Below are positions 34,801 to 49,379 of a stretch of 64,000 nt of DNA, one piece after another. Under the pieces are notes generated by a model. It was not told the origin of the DNA. It made no database searches and saw only the letters and a program-made list of their open reading frames with translations. This DNA comes from Eledone cirrhosa (Eukaryota). Made by a program: the position numbers and the translations under genes. Where the stretch lies: assembly GCA_964016885.1 (NCBI GenBank), contig OZ024740.1, positions 411,618,001-411,682,000 of the forward strand, in the 5' to 3' direction. The first letter of the stretch is position 1, and each line of letters starts with the position of its first letter.

Positions 34801-36757
34801 GTAGATTGTACCGGGATGATGCGCTACTCACCCTCAAAGGGTACAACCCCAGTAGTACAGACCGGGTCCGTAAACAACTAATCAACTTCTTCCGGGACTG
34901 GGGATTTAAAATCACCCTACAAACGTCCCTAATCCGGGTCAATTTCCTGGACGTTACCCTTAACCTCGAAAATTATCTGTACTACCCATACAGGAAAACA
35001 AACGACAACCTGCACTACATCCACCGCCGCTCTAACCATTCTAGAATCATCACCAATAACCTGGTTAAAAACATCTCCCTCCGCATATCTCGTTTGTCCG
35101 CTAATGAGCAGATATTCGACGACCACGCGCCTCATTACAACCAGGCCCTCAAGCGGAGTGGCTTCCGTAGGAAATATCCTTTTATCCAGCTTCCCTTAGC
35201 GGATCCAGCAGGCGACACCGCCGCTCACGCAATGTAACGTGGTTCAATCCTCCCCATAATGACGAGGTGACAACACCTATCGGGAAAATCTTCTTTAAAC
35301 TCCTCGAAAAACACTTCCCACTACAACACCGCTACCAAAACATAATCAATAAAAACACCATTAAACTCTCCTACAGCACCACACCTAACTTCGCACAAAA
35401 CATCGACTCCTCAAACAACAAAAAACTCAATCCCTATGGAAGAAATAACTTAGACATCAGTTGAGAGCCGACCAGGAGGTGTAACTGCCCTGATAGATCT
35501 ACGTGACCCCTCAACAACAAATGCGGAGAAAATAACGTGATCTACCAGTGCAACGTGAGGACGGACACCTCCAGCAAAGCTTATATAGGATTAACCGCGT
35601 GTGACTTCAAGACCCGGCTCTACCAACACCGGATTACTTTCCGCAACCCGGTCCGGCGACATGCATGCCACTACACTTTCGGGCCACATCTGGGACCTCC
35701 AAGATAGTAATATAACCTACAATCTCACTTGGAGCTTACTGTCCAAAGCTAACTCTTACACGGGAGGACGCCGTCCGTGTAACTTATACTCGGAGGAAAC
35801 ATTACAAATGCTGTTTTCGAAGGACCAACTGCTAAACAAGAAAGACGAACTGGTAACGCATGCAAACACAGATTGCGTAGGACTTAACTCGCCCTCAAAC
35901 CCCATAACGACCCGGGTGGGTAGGCAAGGACTGATACCCCCCTCCACTTGCCGAATAAATTAGGGAAAACCCCAGCTTACATAGGTAGATGTATCTATTT
36001 TATTTTCCTCTTTGTCTTCTTCTTCCCCCTGTCTCATCCTATCACTTCCTTCCACCCTCTATTTTCTTCCTCGTCTGCTTTTCTCCTTTCGCCTACTCCG
36101 ATGCAGCCCATCGGGCCTCTGTAGCATCAGTTCCCCCACCTCTGTAATTTTAAGATAGAATTGGCCGAATACGTTTTACTAACTACTTATAACAGATGTG
36201 TTAAAACCCCTTTAATTTTGTATCAGTTTTGTTACTACTCATTCTACAAGTTTTTTCTATTCTCAACTTCTTAACCTGTAATTGTAAGATAGCATTGTGA
36301 TTTTTTTTATTCATTTCTCACTATCTAATTTTATATATTTTTTTTATTTCTTTCTATTATCTGTTATTGTCTCCTACTCTCATTCGATTTACCTATTCTA
36401 TAACCTCCCTCCTCCACTTCATACACTATCCTTAGAATCTGCTGTATACATATCACCTTCAACGCTTGACCGCTCCACTCACTCCCCTATTGATAGACTT
36501 ATTTGTGTTTACAACAAATTTCAACCAATCCTCTTGACAACTACAATCTTCCTATATAAGGAAGTACCCCCTTGACAAGTTCGGCTATTTATTCACCAGG
36601 CTAAAAATTCTAATTTAGTCCAGAAATATTCGTCGTAACGGCTTGAGCTCTGCCGTCGGTGTCATACCTTTTCCTATTTCCCACTCTATTACCCTAAGTA
36701 TTGAGTACTCTGGTGCGTTATGGTCGATCTGCTTCCTTACCACAATTCCTTTGTTAT
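34801..36757 (+). mobile_element. 5'-truncated Penelope-like element (probably Naiad-type), RT C-terminus + GIY-YIG, decayed, with 3' HHR-bearing terminal repeat
   Basis: LYRDD, VNFLDVT, YIHRRSNH, WFNPP, KHFP, KLSYS, CNC..xPL..KC..NVIY..YIG across frameshifts. HHR-like motif at 36566-36660; ends at (TA)n. Confidence 0.9.
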
Positions 36758-37439
36758 ATATATATATAAATGAATATATACATTTGTGTGAAATATTATT
36801 TATTTTAAGCCATATACTTTTGTTCCGTGACTTTAGGTTGGGGTTTCAAATATATAATCCATTCTAGGAGGATGGTAAATAGATATTGTATAACCACTTC
36901 ATTTTCTTAAATACATCACTATTCGACTATTTTCTAAAAAGAATGTGTATCATATTTCTATCCATGTTAGAGCACGTCCCACACATTTCTATAATGTTCA
37001 AAATCTGTGTATGCTGGTTTAAATGATTATGGTTGAAGAATGCTTAATGATAATGAATGTATAAATAATTTCTGAAATATGGACTACACATAAGATATAG
37101 GAGATCAATACATTTTAAAATTATATTTGTGTGTGAGTTAGTAAGCGAACATTTCTCAATAACTAGCAATGAGCATGTTTGCAAGAATTCCTCGATTAAG
37201 TACTTATGCAGATAATGTCAAAATATTGTAATATAACGTTTCGCAAGCCAAGAAGGAGATTGAGTTATTTGGATGTATTGATATGGGCATACATATATTT
37301 TGTAATTAATCAATCTTTGTAATTAAAATTATCATCATTTAGACACCATATGTATTTATATAAATAAATAATAAGGTGAGATTCAAAGCTCGTGCATGTA
37401 GTTGTATATTTAGAGATTCTTTTTTGTAATGATTTTAAA

Positions 37440-37509
<70 letters not shown>

Positions 37510-37727
37510 TTAAATCTACTCCATTCAATGCACAATGCAAAAGAAAATGGGGCTCAGTAAACTAATTCGTAGGAAGATACGATTGAAATATCATATATGT
37601 TGGCTGCTATTACTGATACGAATTATTACAATTTTATATATTTAAAATGTTGTGTTTTCAAGTAGTAAGCGTTTATTTTAACACAACGTAATGTCATTTT
37701 GAATTATGATCTGGTTGTATTTTCCCA

Positions 37728-38195
37728 GCTCAAGCCGGTGCGGCTGGACCGAGGGGATTGCAAAAGGCCAGACGGTATGACCATCTTCTCGTTCCGCGGT
37801 GGCAAACCCTCGTCTGCGACAATTTCTCCAGCCGCAACTTGGTGTAGACTGCGACTAACCCAGGTACTGCTGCACGTCGGGCTGAGGAGGTCAAAGTCTC
37901 TAAGTACCGGTCGCTTTCCAACAGTTTCGCGGGCGTGCCCTTGCCAGTTGAGACTTTTGGTGTCCTTGGCCCTAGGGCTACTTCCCTATTCACCACCATA
38001 GGTGCTGAGTTGACCAGCCGCATGTGTGAGACTCGCGAGATGGAATGGCTCTTCCAGCACATCTCCCTTACCATCCGCCGGTGAAATGCCTTCTCCATTG
38101 TCTCCGCCGGGGCTGTGGGGAGACCAGCACGTGAAACCCCATTTGTTCACCATACTGATTAATAAGCAAAGTTATAAACTATTGTAAATAAAAAA
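37728..38195 (+). mobile_element. CRE-like RLE non-LTR retrotransposon 3' fragment
   Basis: RGDCKRPDGMTIF, then in another frame AE..K..KY, VETFG.LG and FQHISLTIRR; ends in aataaa and A-rich sequence. Confidence 0.75.
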
Positions 38196-38939
38196 ATCTT
38201 ATGTTGTGTTTAACGGTGAGGGCTAGGCTGGCAACATACAAATGAACAATTTACATATTGAGAAAATTTTACATTGTAATATATCGTTTCATGTTTTGTT
38301 TTTAAAAATATTAGTGCCGTTTCTATGTATTGAATTCTATGGTTGTGATCCATTGCATTATAATGCGTCATTGAAATAATGGACACCATATCTGTACGAT
38401 TTAAATCCGGATGATATGCTGGGTATGTTAGTGCTTCATAATTTTAGTAGTGGATGGGGGTTTTTCAAAATTATAATCATACCCGTTGACCTTTTGTTCG
38501 GTTTAGAATATGTGTGGTATTATCCGAATATATTGAAAACATTGTCAATATTTAGATTAATTTATATAGCAAATTTTATAATTTAATTCTGACTATAATT
38601 ACAAATTTCTATCTGATATCATATATCTTATAACATCAATACATGGGAAAATGGAGAAATTTTTACCCCGTAAAGGGCAAAACTTGTGGGGGGCTTACTT
38701 TCAATGTAGTTTAGGAAATTAAAATAAACATTCAATATAGATTCAAATACAATATTTATTTATGCCATACCTTTTACACGTTTGTAAAAATGAAGTTTCA
38801 CCAATCTACATACACGCAAGCACACTCATATACATAACTTTAGGCTTAAACATGATATTTGTATGGGTGCATATTATGTGTTCCTATAGATGTGTGTATT
38901 AATGTGTGTATATATGTAGATATCTAGATGTTTATTTAC

Positions 38940-38984
38940 CTGATTGAGCCAGCAGTTTGTTGTAAGTATTTGGTTTCTTTCATC
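38940..38984 (-). CDS. Nicotinic acetylcholine receptor subunit, 45-bp exon (exon 3 equivalent)
   Basis: ttttctctttcag|GATGAAAGAAACCAAATACTTACAACAAACTGCTGGCTCAATCAG|gtaaat encodes DERNQILTTNCWLNQ, phase 0/0, in frame with 53870-54012. Confidence 0.93.
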
Positions 38985-39236
38985 CTGAAAGAGAAAAAGT
39001 AAGTATCAAACATTGGAGTGAAAGAACTAACAAAATGTTGATAATAGTTTTTCTCTCTGCTTCTATGTAAGGATATGCAGAACATGTATGCAGAGAGATA
39101 AATATGCTTGACGACACCATTGTGTGATATATACATACTGACATATACACCTGACCACTATAACCCACAAACGCACAGGCATACACATATCCACATACAC
39201 ACACATGCATACATACAGACAAAAAGAGACAGACAG

Positions 39237-39305
<69 letters not shown>

Positions 39306-39735
39306 TTTATTAATATATATTTATATACAGAAGAAAAATGAGAAAGAGAGAGAGAAGAAGAAATGAGTGGCAATGATAGACAATGAGAGAACGAGAGTGA
39401 GATGGGTATTTCGAAATTTACATTGAAACACTATCCACGTTGTTTGCATTGCTGCTAGGCAAAAGCATTTTGAAGATAGCGAAGAATGAAGGTTTTCTTT
39501 AATTCAGTAATAATAGAAGAAATACAAACGCCGAAATACTATATTTAATCTCGAGTGTAACATCACACTACATATACAAAATGAAATTAACATATCAATA
39601 TTCGTTCTTCTTTACCCATGTCCGTATTCTGAAGGAATACGGGAATACAATCTATATGATCTATGAATCTATGTGCGCAGAATTCAATTTGCTGAATATA
39701 TCTGTATATGCAAATGTAAAGACACGCACACACAC

Positions 39736-39786
<51 letters not shown>

Positions 39787-40425
39787 TACATGATGAATGC
39801 TTGAAAAGAAATGTGTTACTTATGCAGGTCACCAGGCATTTATTGATTGATGCTTTGTGAACATATTATGAGTTGTATTCTTTGATACCTCCCAGTATTT
39901 GTATTTTAACGTTGTTTCTAGCATCACATATATTTGGCCTTTAACCAATATAGATGTCCGTTACGATCTGCGTCAAAAGGAGATTAGCACAACCTTTATG
40001 CCATTTACAGTTGAAAAGTATTATGAATTTGAAATATATGACCATATAGGTTGTTTCGCCTGTGAATACAGTTACTACAGTCTCCAAGTCTTTGATATTA
40101 TCTTCTGTAATTCATCTGCTTCTCATATTAATTTATTTGGGTTTTATTTGGAGAACTACATCATGATTATTTAGATATCATCAGGTTCATTGTATGGTAA
40201 GGTGTGATTAAAGGGTTTGTATAGGGGATTCGGTGCAGGCACTTACAACAGAGGCTATTTTCTATTCGTAGGCACTGAATATTCAGTGGTCACGGCATTA
40301 CTCATTGAAAAATGTTTTAAAAAATGAAACAGAAACACATACTTACACATATTCTCTCTCCCTCATAGACGCACATCTCTCTCTCACTTCTCTCTCTCTC
40401 TCTCTATCTCTCTCTCCCTCCACAA

Positions 40426-40456
<31 letters not shown>

Positions 40457-40457
40457 G

Positions 40458-40763
40458 TTATGTAATAAACAACATAAGATAATCATTTCATTTGCCAATG
40501 GTTTCTTGAAGACAGATACTTTTGTTCACGAAACCACTGGTAAATGAAATAATTATCTGATGTTGTTTATTACATACCTAAAAAGCTCTGTAGCCTACAT
40601 AGAGCACTCTCTTTTCCTTTACCTTTCCTACGGGAATACTTCATTTAAACAGCTCAGACCGGGAATGATCGAAGCATATTCTATATTACATATATGATTG
40701 GCATCTTCCAGCCCGATAATTTGAGCACTCTACAGTTTCAGGAAATTAAACAACCTACACCAT

Positions 40764-40766
<3 letters not shown>
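40458..40766 (+). mobile_element. (TA)n-flanked fold-back insert with HHR-like loop
   Basis: Arms about 40460-40508 and 40530-40577. TTGAAGA...cGAAACC act GGTA at the turn; ~190 bp tail. Confidence 0.7.
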
Positions 40767-40810
<44 letters not shown>

Positions 40811-40848
40811 TCAAACATGTTAAAGTTGGCTTCGTTTATTCCACTTCG

Positions 40849-40901
40849 CTGCTATACATATTGCAGTTACAGAGATTATTGGCTGTGACCTCATCAGGCA
40901 G
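40849..40901 (-). ncRNA. Hammerhead-like motif with one core change (GCA for GAA) in TA-flanked insert 40808-41084
   Basis: ctgc-CTGATGA-ggtcacag...ctgtaact-GCA-ATATGTAT-A-gcag. Confidence 0.65.
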
Positions 40902-41082
40902 TAAGAATTTAGGCAGAAGAATAGGAAAACATGATGTTGTAATGGGTTCTACCCTGTTAATTCATCGATATATCCAGCTCCTGGGTGTGTTGTTGGTCCT
41001 CAAAGGAACTGGAATCATATGCGTACTTCGTTGAGAGCTCCAGTGTGCATACTGAGGTGTCGTTAAACAACCAGCACGTACT

Positions 41083-41146
<64 letters not shown>

Positions 41147-41283
41147 TGATACATAAAGAATTGAACTATAAATTGAGGCATCCATTTTAGATATATTAAG
41201 ACATGGACCTACTCATTTGAATTTGTGATTTATTGATGATATGAGCAAATTCTTTGCCCTTCTGTTAATATCTATCTAGTAGT

Positions 41284-41367
<84 letters not shown>

Positions 41368-41615
41368 GGAAACTAATTAATTAGTCCAGGAAGAGGGAAT
41401 CTAATTCTCTACGCACACGAATTCGTTCTTCTCATTATTTAACGTATTGGTTTGCATTCTGTTTTCATTTGGGGCTGGTATCTCAAGGATACAAGCTTAA
41501 TTAAACTATCGAGTGTGTGGGAAAACGATCAAAGATTTTTCGGTCATATCCGATGATTTCGTTTCAGTATTATTATACAGACACACACGCACGCACGCAC
41601 ACATACATACACACA

Positions 41616-41658
<43 letters not shown>

Positions 41659-41696
41659 GCACACACACACACATACACACACACGCATATATAATA

Positions 41697-41878
41697 ATTG
41701 TTTCTACAATAGACACAAGGCCAGCAATTATCCCAGTGTACTACTGGTACTTTATTTTATCGACCCCCGTTAGGATGAAAGGCAAAGTTAACCTCGACGG
41801 GATTTGAACTCAGAATAGCAAGGGCCGTCACTCTATGCGTCAATGCATGGCGTTCAACCCTCTACCGATACTGCCAAT
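41697..41878 (-). mobile_element. tRNA SINE
   Basis: Reverse complement of the family consensus. Confidence 0.85.
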
Positions 41879-42064
41879 TATATATAATAATACAAGGACG
41901 AATGGTTACTCCTTCATTATATTATTATGTTTATTGGTTGGTGACGCGCGTTTAGCTACTGATAGGTTCAAGGTTCGATCTGTATCGATGTGGCCCGAAT
42001 CTGGAATCAAAAACATCGAGTGATCACCTGGTAAAACCGACAGTAACTTCGCGTTACACTCCTT

Positions 42065-42147
<83 letters not shown>

Positions 42148-42634
42148 GGATACATATATATATATAGAGAGAGAGAGGGAAGAGAGAGAGAGAAAGAGAG
42201 AGAGAGAAATGCTACAAACTGATATTTTATATTGCACAATGCTGGTTCTATGAAAGTTGGACAGAAATTCTCCCAACGGTTATTTATATTTTGCTTAAAC
42301 CGTACATCCTTTGGATGAGATATATATCTGTTCATGATGCCCATATCAATCTATTGGAATTGCCTGACTTATTCTTCAGTTTTGAAACTGCATTTAGGCA
42401 CTTTTAATCAGGTTCTTATTTTAGGTTCCATGAGTTCGAATATGACCTTAAGGAAAAGTTCCTGTGAAGTGTTCTTTTAGAGTACTTTCCTGGGATCTAT
42501 CATCCTTCAGTGATTTCTGTAAGATGTTGTATATATAATTGCTTCTCTGAACGAGATATTATTAGCGATATTTTTCAATTGAGACGTTATGTATATTCGT
42601 GATAAATCTAATTATGTATAATAATAAAATGTAT

Positions 42635-42701
<67 letters not shown>

Positions 42702-42702
42702 C

Positions 42703-42823
<121 letters not shown>

Positions 42824-44514
42824 TATATATATTTATATATATATATATACAGTATATATGAACAGTTAGTTAGGGCTTTAGCTACAGAAATTATTTGGCT
42901 CATTTCAAATCATAATGAAGTACGAATTAGTTACGTTACATGTAATAATAATCTTGCCTATTACAATACTATTAAATTAAATGACTCGTTAATAATCCAA
43001 TAATATTACATTTGGACGCCGTTAAGCAAAGTTAAATGCCGGGTGTTTTGATTTGATATGAACTCTCAACATTTTGGTCAATATTGCATAACATAATCAT
43101 AGAGCGGAACATTCATTCTGTAGCGAACCAAAAAGAAATATATCGTTTTCTATGGAAGAATATTTAAACTATTAACAGTAGTTCAAAATCAATTAACATT
43201 AAATCAGTAATCAGTATTATATATGAAAAAAAAAAAAAATATATATATATAACAATGACAAATAAATAACAAAAACACATATCTGATAAATGAGGAAGTC
43301 ACGAAGGAATCAAGAAGAAATTGTGAATGAAACACGCTAATTATTAATTAAGTTTAATTTAAAAATCTAAAAATTTCGTTAATAAGATATAAGAAATACA
43401 GACGGCTTTACAAAATTGAATCGAGTTGATATATTTTTTTCATCTAAAGAACAGTTGGTTATGTCGCAGATATTGTTGTTACATTAACTGTAAATTTTGT
43501 GAAAATGAATCATAGTATATAATAAATTCTTGCAACCTATATAATATACGAAGTAGTTGTGTTAAAAGGAGAGTACATTGACAACTGTTTAAGCAAATAA
43601 GTGCACACAGGCAGAGATGAAAGCATATATACATTCATGCATAAACACACATGTACGCATAGACACTCACGCATACGCATATCTATAAATGTGTGTGTGT
43701 GAGTGTAAATGTTTGTGTCTTAAATGTGTATATGTGAATGTGTGAGTGTATATACATAATATATTGACGTGTTAATAATCTACCAGACATGTATATCATG
43801 TGTATATTGTTTATTTCCTCCAGGTATTAATACCATCTTAGTGTATCTTTGTTTTGTTCAACCCAAGTGAGACCTGGTCGATCAAATGATGTCAAGTAAT
43901 GAATATTCTATCTTCTTATCGACGTCTGAAGTATATTGTGACATGTGGTCTTTAAAATTGCAGGGTATCATATCAGCAAAGCTGGTCTGCTAGTATGAGG
44001 TGACGTTTGGCTAACCAATTATTGTCTTGTTTATGTTTTAAGTAAATTTTGATTACAATTTATGAATCTTTCGATAAATAGAAACAAACAAAACCTAAAA
44101 TATTTTTAGGAAAGTTAACCAAATTATTGTAATTATCTGTACAACAGAAGAAACTCTGAAATGAAAGGATCTTTGGAGTGTTAGACAAAATTATATTGGT
44201 ATGAGTTTTTTCTGTTGAATAATGAGCTCAAATCCTGCGGAGGTTAACTTTTGGAACTAACGTTTTAGGGCCGCTGTACACGGTACATTTTATATGCATA
44301 AAAAATTAAATTCAACCATCTATATAATAGTAGTTAGAGTGCATTTTACTGATATATAGGCATGAATGTATTCATAATGATGATAAACAACAACGATACC
44401 TTTAGTCTGGGAGGTTGTTCTTCAAAATTAACCCCCCCCCCCCCATACACATATTCTTATATATATATATACACACAAACCCATATATATATATATATGT
44501 TTTGCTACTCCCTC

Positions 44515-44785
44515 TCCTACTTCCTCCCGTTTGACCTGTGCGAAATTCTTTCCTCGCTCACACTTCGACCAGGTCGGATGGTCTTTATTCTCTCTCATCT
44601 ACAATTTCACAGAACTTATGTTCATCGATTTCAGGGACTTGACTCCTTCTTCCCCCCGTTTGACCCGAGCGAAATTCTTTCCTTACCCACATTTCGACCA
44701 GGTTTGATGGTCTTTATTCTCTCTCGTCCACGATTTCACAAAACTTATGTCCATCGATTTCAGGGACTTGACTCCTTCTTCCTCA
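44515..44785. repeat. Two imperfect direct copies of a ~130-bp unit in a TA-flanked insert
   Basis: gtttgacc..gcgaaattctttcc...gatttcagggacttgactccttctt occurs twice. Confidence 0.85.
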
Positions 44786-45793
44786 CTTTTCGTTGCATTA
44801 CCATCTTTGTTTGTTTACTGTCTCGCTCGTTCCCCCGATTTACGTGTCTCAACGACTTTCTTTAGCCGTTGCTCGCACCAACGAGAGGTATATGGCCTTT
44901 AACGCGATGAAATACCAATGAAGGTTGGAAGATCATTGATGAAGGACTAAATTTATTCATATGTAACCCATTTTCAACCACGCAGCACGCCATATTTTCA
45001 TATTTTTCATATATATATATATATGTGTGTGAGTGGGTGTGTCTGTCTATGTGTATACATTTTTATGTATATATATATGGCGCACGTGTGTGTGTGTATT
45101 GCCTTGCATGTGTGCGTACGTAAATACGTATGCCAAATACCAGGAAATGCATATAGATATGAAGAGATGAAACGAGATTTTTAGAAAACAATATATATGT
45201 ATATTTATATGAAGATCTTATCTGGACAATTTCACTCATAGACAAGTATTGATTTATAAGTAAATGAATATATATTCATGAGTGTGAGTAAATGAATGGA
45301 AGGGTATGTAAGGAATGATATATGAAGAGAAGAACAAACGATAGAAGTGTGTTGATAGAAATATATATGTATTGAGAGTTTGTAGTAAGAGATAAAAGAG
45401 TATCAAGTTCAAAGAAAATAATAAATCTTCTTTACAAACGAAGAACCATTATTTATCGGGTTTTTTTCCATATTTTATTGACTGAAACCCTGGTTGAAAG
45501 GCAGTTTCTACGGCATCTATGCGTTTCATATCCACACACCATTGAAACTGGACTGTTAGTTAAATGGTAATGAAGCGATATAATACTATATTACAACTCT
45601 GGTGGGATAATCTATGACGGAGAAAAAAACAGATAAATACAAGACATACAATTCACCTTCATATAGATTAATGTATACGTGGTTCTAAAGCGCATCATTA
45701 AAACACGTGTTACAACTTGCAACATGCTTACGTTTGTTGAGGAAGGTATATGTAAATGTAATTGTGGCGTTCATATATATATATATATATATA

Positions 45794-45888
45794 TTGGGCT
45801 ATTTATTACCACGGTAAAAATCTAATTTAGTCTAGAAATAGCTGTCGAAACGGCTTGTGCTCTGCCGTCAGGGTCTTGAACAATTTCC
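45794..45888 (+). mobile_element. Short family A Penelope terminal-repeat fragment in (TA)n
   Basis: ggctatttatt...gtcgaaacggcttgtgctctgccgtcagggtc. Confidence 0.8.
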
Positions 45889-45904
45889 TATATATATATA
45901 TAGT

Positions 45905-46082
45905 AATAATAATAAATGTGAAGACTAAAATCCAAAGAGGGCTCGATAAGGATAAATATATATAAAATATATAAGAACCCTAGAGCAAATGTTTATTAAA
46001 ATAACAGATTAAAGTTTAAGCAAAGAATCGCTGCTTTCAGAAGATCCCGTTAAGGGTGAAAGCAGCGATTCGTTGCTTAAAC

Positions 46083-46089
<7 letters not shown>
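45905..46089. repeat. (TA)n-flanked hairpin insert
   Basis: Arms about 46009-46040 and 46057-46088, one-sided extension to the left. Confidence 0.75.
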
Positions 46090-46155
<66 letters not shown>

Positions 46156-47138
46156 TCTGTATATATATAAAATTAAGTATGTGTGTGTGTCTGTGTGTCT
46201 TTGTATTACCTGTAGGGGCCTACATCTTACGACCGATTTTTATGAAACTTTACAGGCTCATAGATTAGTCATCGGGGAGTGTTTTCCATATATCAACGTA
46301 TCGTATTTTTATTCCGGGGTCATTTTGCAGATAAAAAGTGATAGGGGGTCAGCTTTTTTTAGGTATCGAAAAATAAGGTTTTTGGCTCGAGCTCCCACAT
46401 TTTGCCACCGATTTCGTTCAAATTTTAAAGCAAAATAGAATTTATCATTCCACATCCTGGAATAGCTTTATATGTTGCATTTGTTGTTCAGGGACTCAAA
46501 TTTACACTCTTTAGGCTCTAGCTCCCACATTAATCAACCTACTTTGTTCAAATTTTCCACTACGCTAGATCTGATTATTTCACGTCTTAAAGTGGCTTTA
46601 CATTTTGGATCTTTTGTTCCGGAACCGCGTGGCAGCCGCTTAAATATTCGAAAATACCACATTTTCGCTCAAATTTCCGCCTTTTCGGCTCTAGCCGATT
46701 TCGTTCAAATTCAAAACTTCGGCTCCGCCTCACACGTAAAGCAATTTATTTGGTTCAACTTTTATACTACGATAGAACCTATCATTAGCTACCACATTTT
46801 TCAACCGATTTCGTTCAAATTCGAAACTTCGGCTCCACCTCGCACATAAATCAATTTATTTGGTTCAACGTTTATACTACGATAGAACCTATCATTGCAC
46901 ATCTTATAATAGCTTTACACTTTGGATTTTTTGTTCATGGGCGGCGTGGCAGCCGTTTAACTCTTCAAAATACGATTTTTTCCACCTCCCACATATTCAA
47001 TACGATTTCACTCAACATTTCCCCATTTGCAACACATTGCGACCGATTTTCAAGAAACTCGCAGTCGCTAAGACCAACACCTTTTCATCAAAGCAGATAT
47101 TATTTACCTACCCAGGCAAAGCTGGGTACTGCTGCTAG
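46156..47138 (+). mobile_element. Non-autonomous Helitron, different family
   Basis: TC..tatataaaa followed by gtgtgt at the 5' end; cccaggcaaagctggg hairpin and CTAG|T at the 3' end. Confidence 0.78.
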
Positions 47139-47477
47139 TATATATATAAAGTTCCAACAGCAGACTTTCGCTAATGTCAATACCATACAGATAGATGAAC
47201 ATAACGTTAGTGGTCAGTTTTCTTTGCACATGAAAAGCAACTTCCTCACAGTCTACCGAAATATCAAGAACATCGTGGCAAAACTTGACCCAGTCTCCGA
47301 GTTCAAGGCTGCAACAGAGCCCAAGTGTCATTATGATAGTGTTGTTGAAAGTCCTGTAGTGTCATTTTGACGAGTCAAAGAAGGGAAAGAGGTGGAGGAT
47401 GGGAAGAACAGATCCTTCAATGTGTTTTCCGTGCTATTTCCAATTTCACTCTCTCTCTCTTCCGTGCTATTTCCAAT

Positions 47478-47540
<63 letters not shown>

Positions 47541-47956
47541 TATATATATATATATATGTGTGTGTGGTGTGTGTATGTGTATGTTTGTATATGTGGGTGG
47601 GTGTAGGGTGTTTATGTGTGTATATCTATCTATATATATTGATACAAATATAATTTCAGCGAGATCGTATTTCGGCTGTGGTCAAAAATATATATTGATA
47701 AATAGATACAGTAGCTGAAACTTCGTAAAAATATCCACATTTGACAGAGCACTCAGTACGAGGATGAGTTTTGATATCCAATTAAATAGGTTTACTACAA
47801 CAATTACATAACACGTATACGTGCGTTTTCGTAGTGTAATACAATTGGCCAACTTATCTGTTGATCTGTTGAAAGATTGAGACTGTTTACGTACAGTCTC
47901 AGTCTTTTTCATTTTATGAACATATGTTAGCCGCATTTATTAATATTATTATAGTT

Positions 47957-48140
47957 GGCGGTGGATTGGCAGTATCGGTAGAGGGTCGGACGCCATGCTT
48001 TCCAGCATAGTTACGTTCCTTTACGATCTCAGTTCAAATCCCGCCGAGGTTGACTTTGCCTTTTATCCTTACGGGGTCGATAAAATAAAGTACCAGTAAT
48101 GCACTGAGTAATTGCTGGCCTTGTGCCTAAAGTAGAAACA
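47957..48140 (+). mobile_element. tRNA SINE with TSD
   Basis: Full head with A and B boxes; attattatagtt duplicated at 47945-47956 and 48141-48152. Confidence 0.9.
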
Positions 48141-48830
48141 ATTATTATAGTTCTCTCCTTTAAATTATCTCAACATTTACTACTAACTAGCCCCGAACTT
48201 TTAGGCTATCTAATGTCTTCCCTCTTCCTAGAATACTTATATGAGTCAAGAAATTCCGGACGTCAATCCATCATAATATGGTGGAGCGAAATATTGGTGT
48301 ATTTCAATATGTTAACGATAAGCATACATTTATGTTATGTAATTTCTCTCTCTATATATATATATATATGTGTGTGTATATATATATATATGTTTCTCCG
48401 AATTTCTCTCTCTACACTCTCTACTGAGAGTCGCCACGGAAAAACCTTGCTCTTCAGATATTACGGCCACCGGGCTTATACCCATCGGCCTAGTATAACT
48501 TGATCTATATTTTCCCTTCGGTTGCTTACATACATGTGCCATTGTCCTGTGTTGCCCCTTCTATCGGTATGTTTACTTCGTTTTTTTTCTTTTTTGCCTT
48601 TTATTCTTCCTCTCTTTTTCTTTCTTCCATGCTCTTCCCTATCAATTCTTTCTCTCGTGGCCTTTTGATGGGTAAAAGGCCATGGGCGGGCTACGGATCT
48701 ATGTTCTATTTTAAGCGCCGAAACATCTAAGATCCGTCGTAAACAGCTGACGAAGGGAAACTTTTCTTCTCTTGTTTATGTCCCAATTACTTTCTAACAC
48801 TTCGTTGTTAGTAAACACACAGCCTCTCTT

Positions 48831-48879
<49 letters not shown>

Positions 48880-48887
<8 letters not shown>

Positions 48888-49321
48888 TAAACCGAATAAA
48901 AAATGGTGACAGATTGTTCACAGTTGAAAAATGGTTTAATTAGGTTGATTTTGCGCCAAGATTTTTTATCCACATGACCTCTACCGACCAATCAAAATTG
49001 TTTTGACCACAAGCATTTTTGCAACACAAAAATAACGCTGGAGCCACTTTTTTAACATAAAAACAGGTAGAATTCCCAAAACTAATCAGATCAGAGCAAA
49101 CAGCACGGACACTCTATCTCAAAATTATTTTTGAAAAGCATTTAGAAATGCGCAACCGGTAAAAGCTTAAAAACTTAAAACCACAACTGAATACTAACCC
49201 ATACAATCACTAATACTCTTTTATTCCTAATTAAACCATTTTTCAACTGTGAACAATTTGTCAGCATTTTCTATTCCGTTTACCAATATATAATAACTTG
49301 TGTGTTACACCACTATTCTTT

Positions 49322-49325
<4 letters not shown>
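48880..49325 (+). mobile_element. (TA)n-flanked inverted-repeat insert with U3-A8 hammerhead-like motif
   Basis: Arms about 48880-48944 and 49226-49291, ~35 bp tail. ttt-TTGAAAA-gcatt taga aatgc-GCA-ACCGGT-A-aaa at 49128-49164. Confidence 0.75.

Positions 49326-49377
<52 letters not shown>

Positions 49378-49379
<2 letters not shown>

Noticed and set aside
41940-42066. Hammerhead remnant on the minus strand (gttactg...cagtagc-TAAACGCGCGTC)
   Set aside because: Stems II and III are suggestive but both core segments are broken; not supportable as a feature.
44870-44970. Possible hammerhead pair near the end of a TA-flanked insert
   Set aside because: No intact CUGANGA plus GAAA combination.
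47957-48045. tRNA gene
   Set aside because: A/B boxes belong to a SINE head followed by core, tail and TSD.
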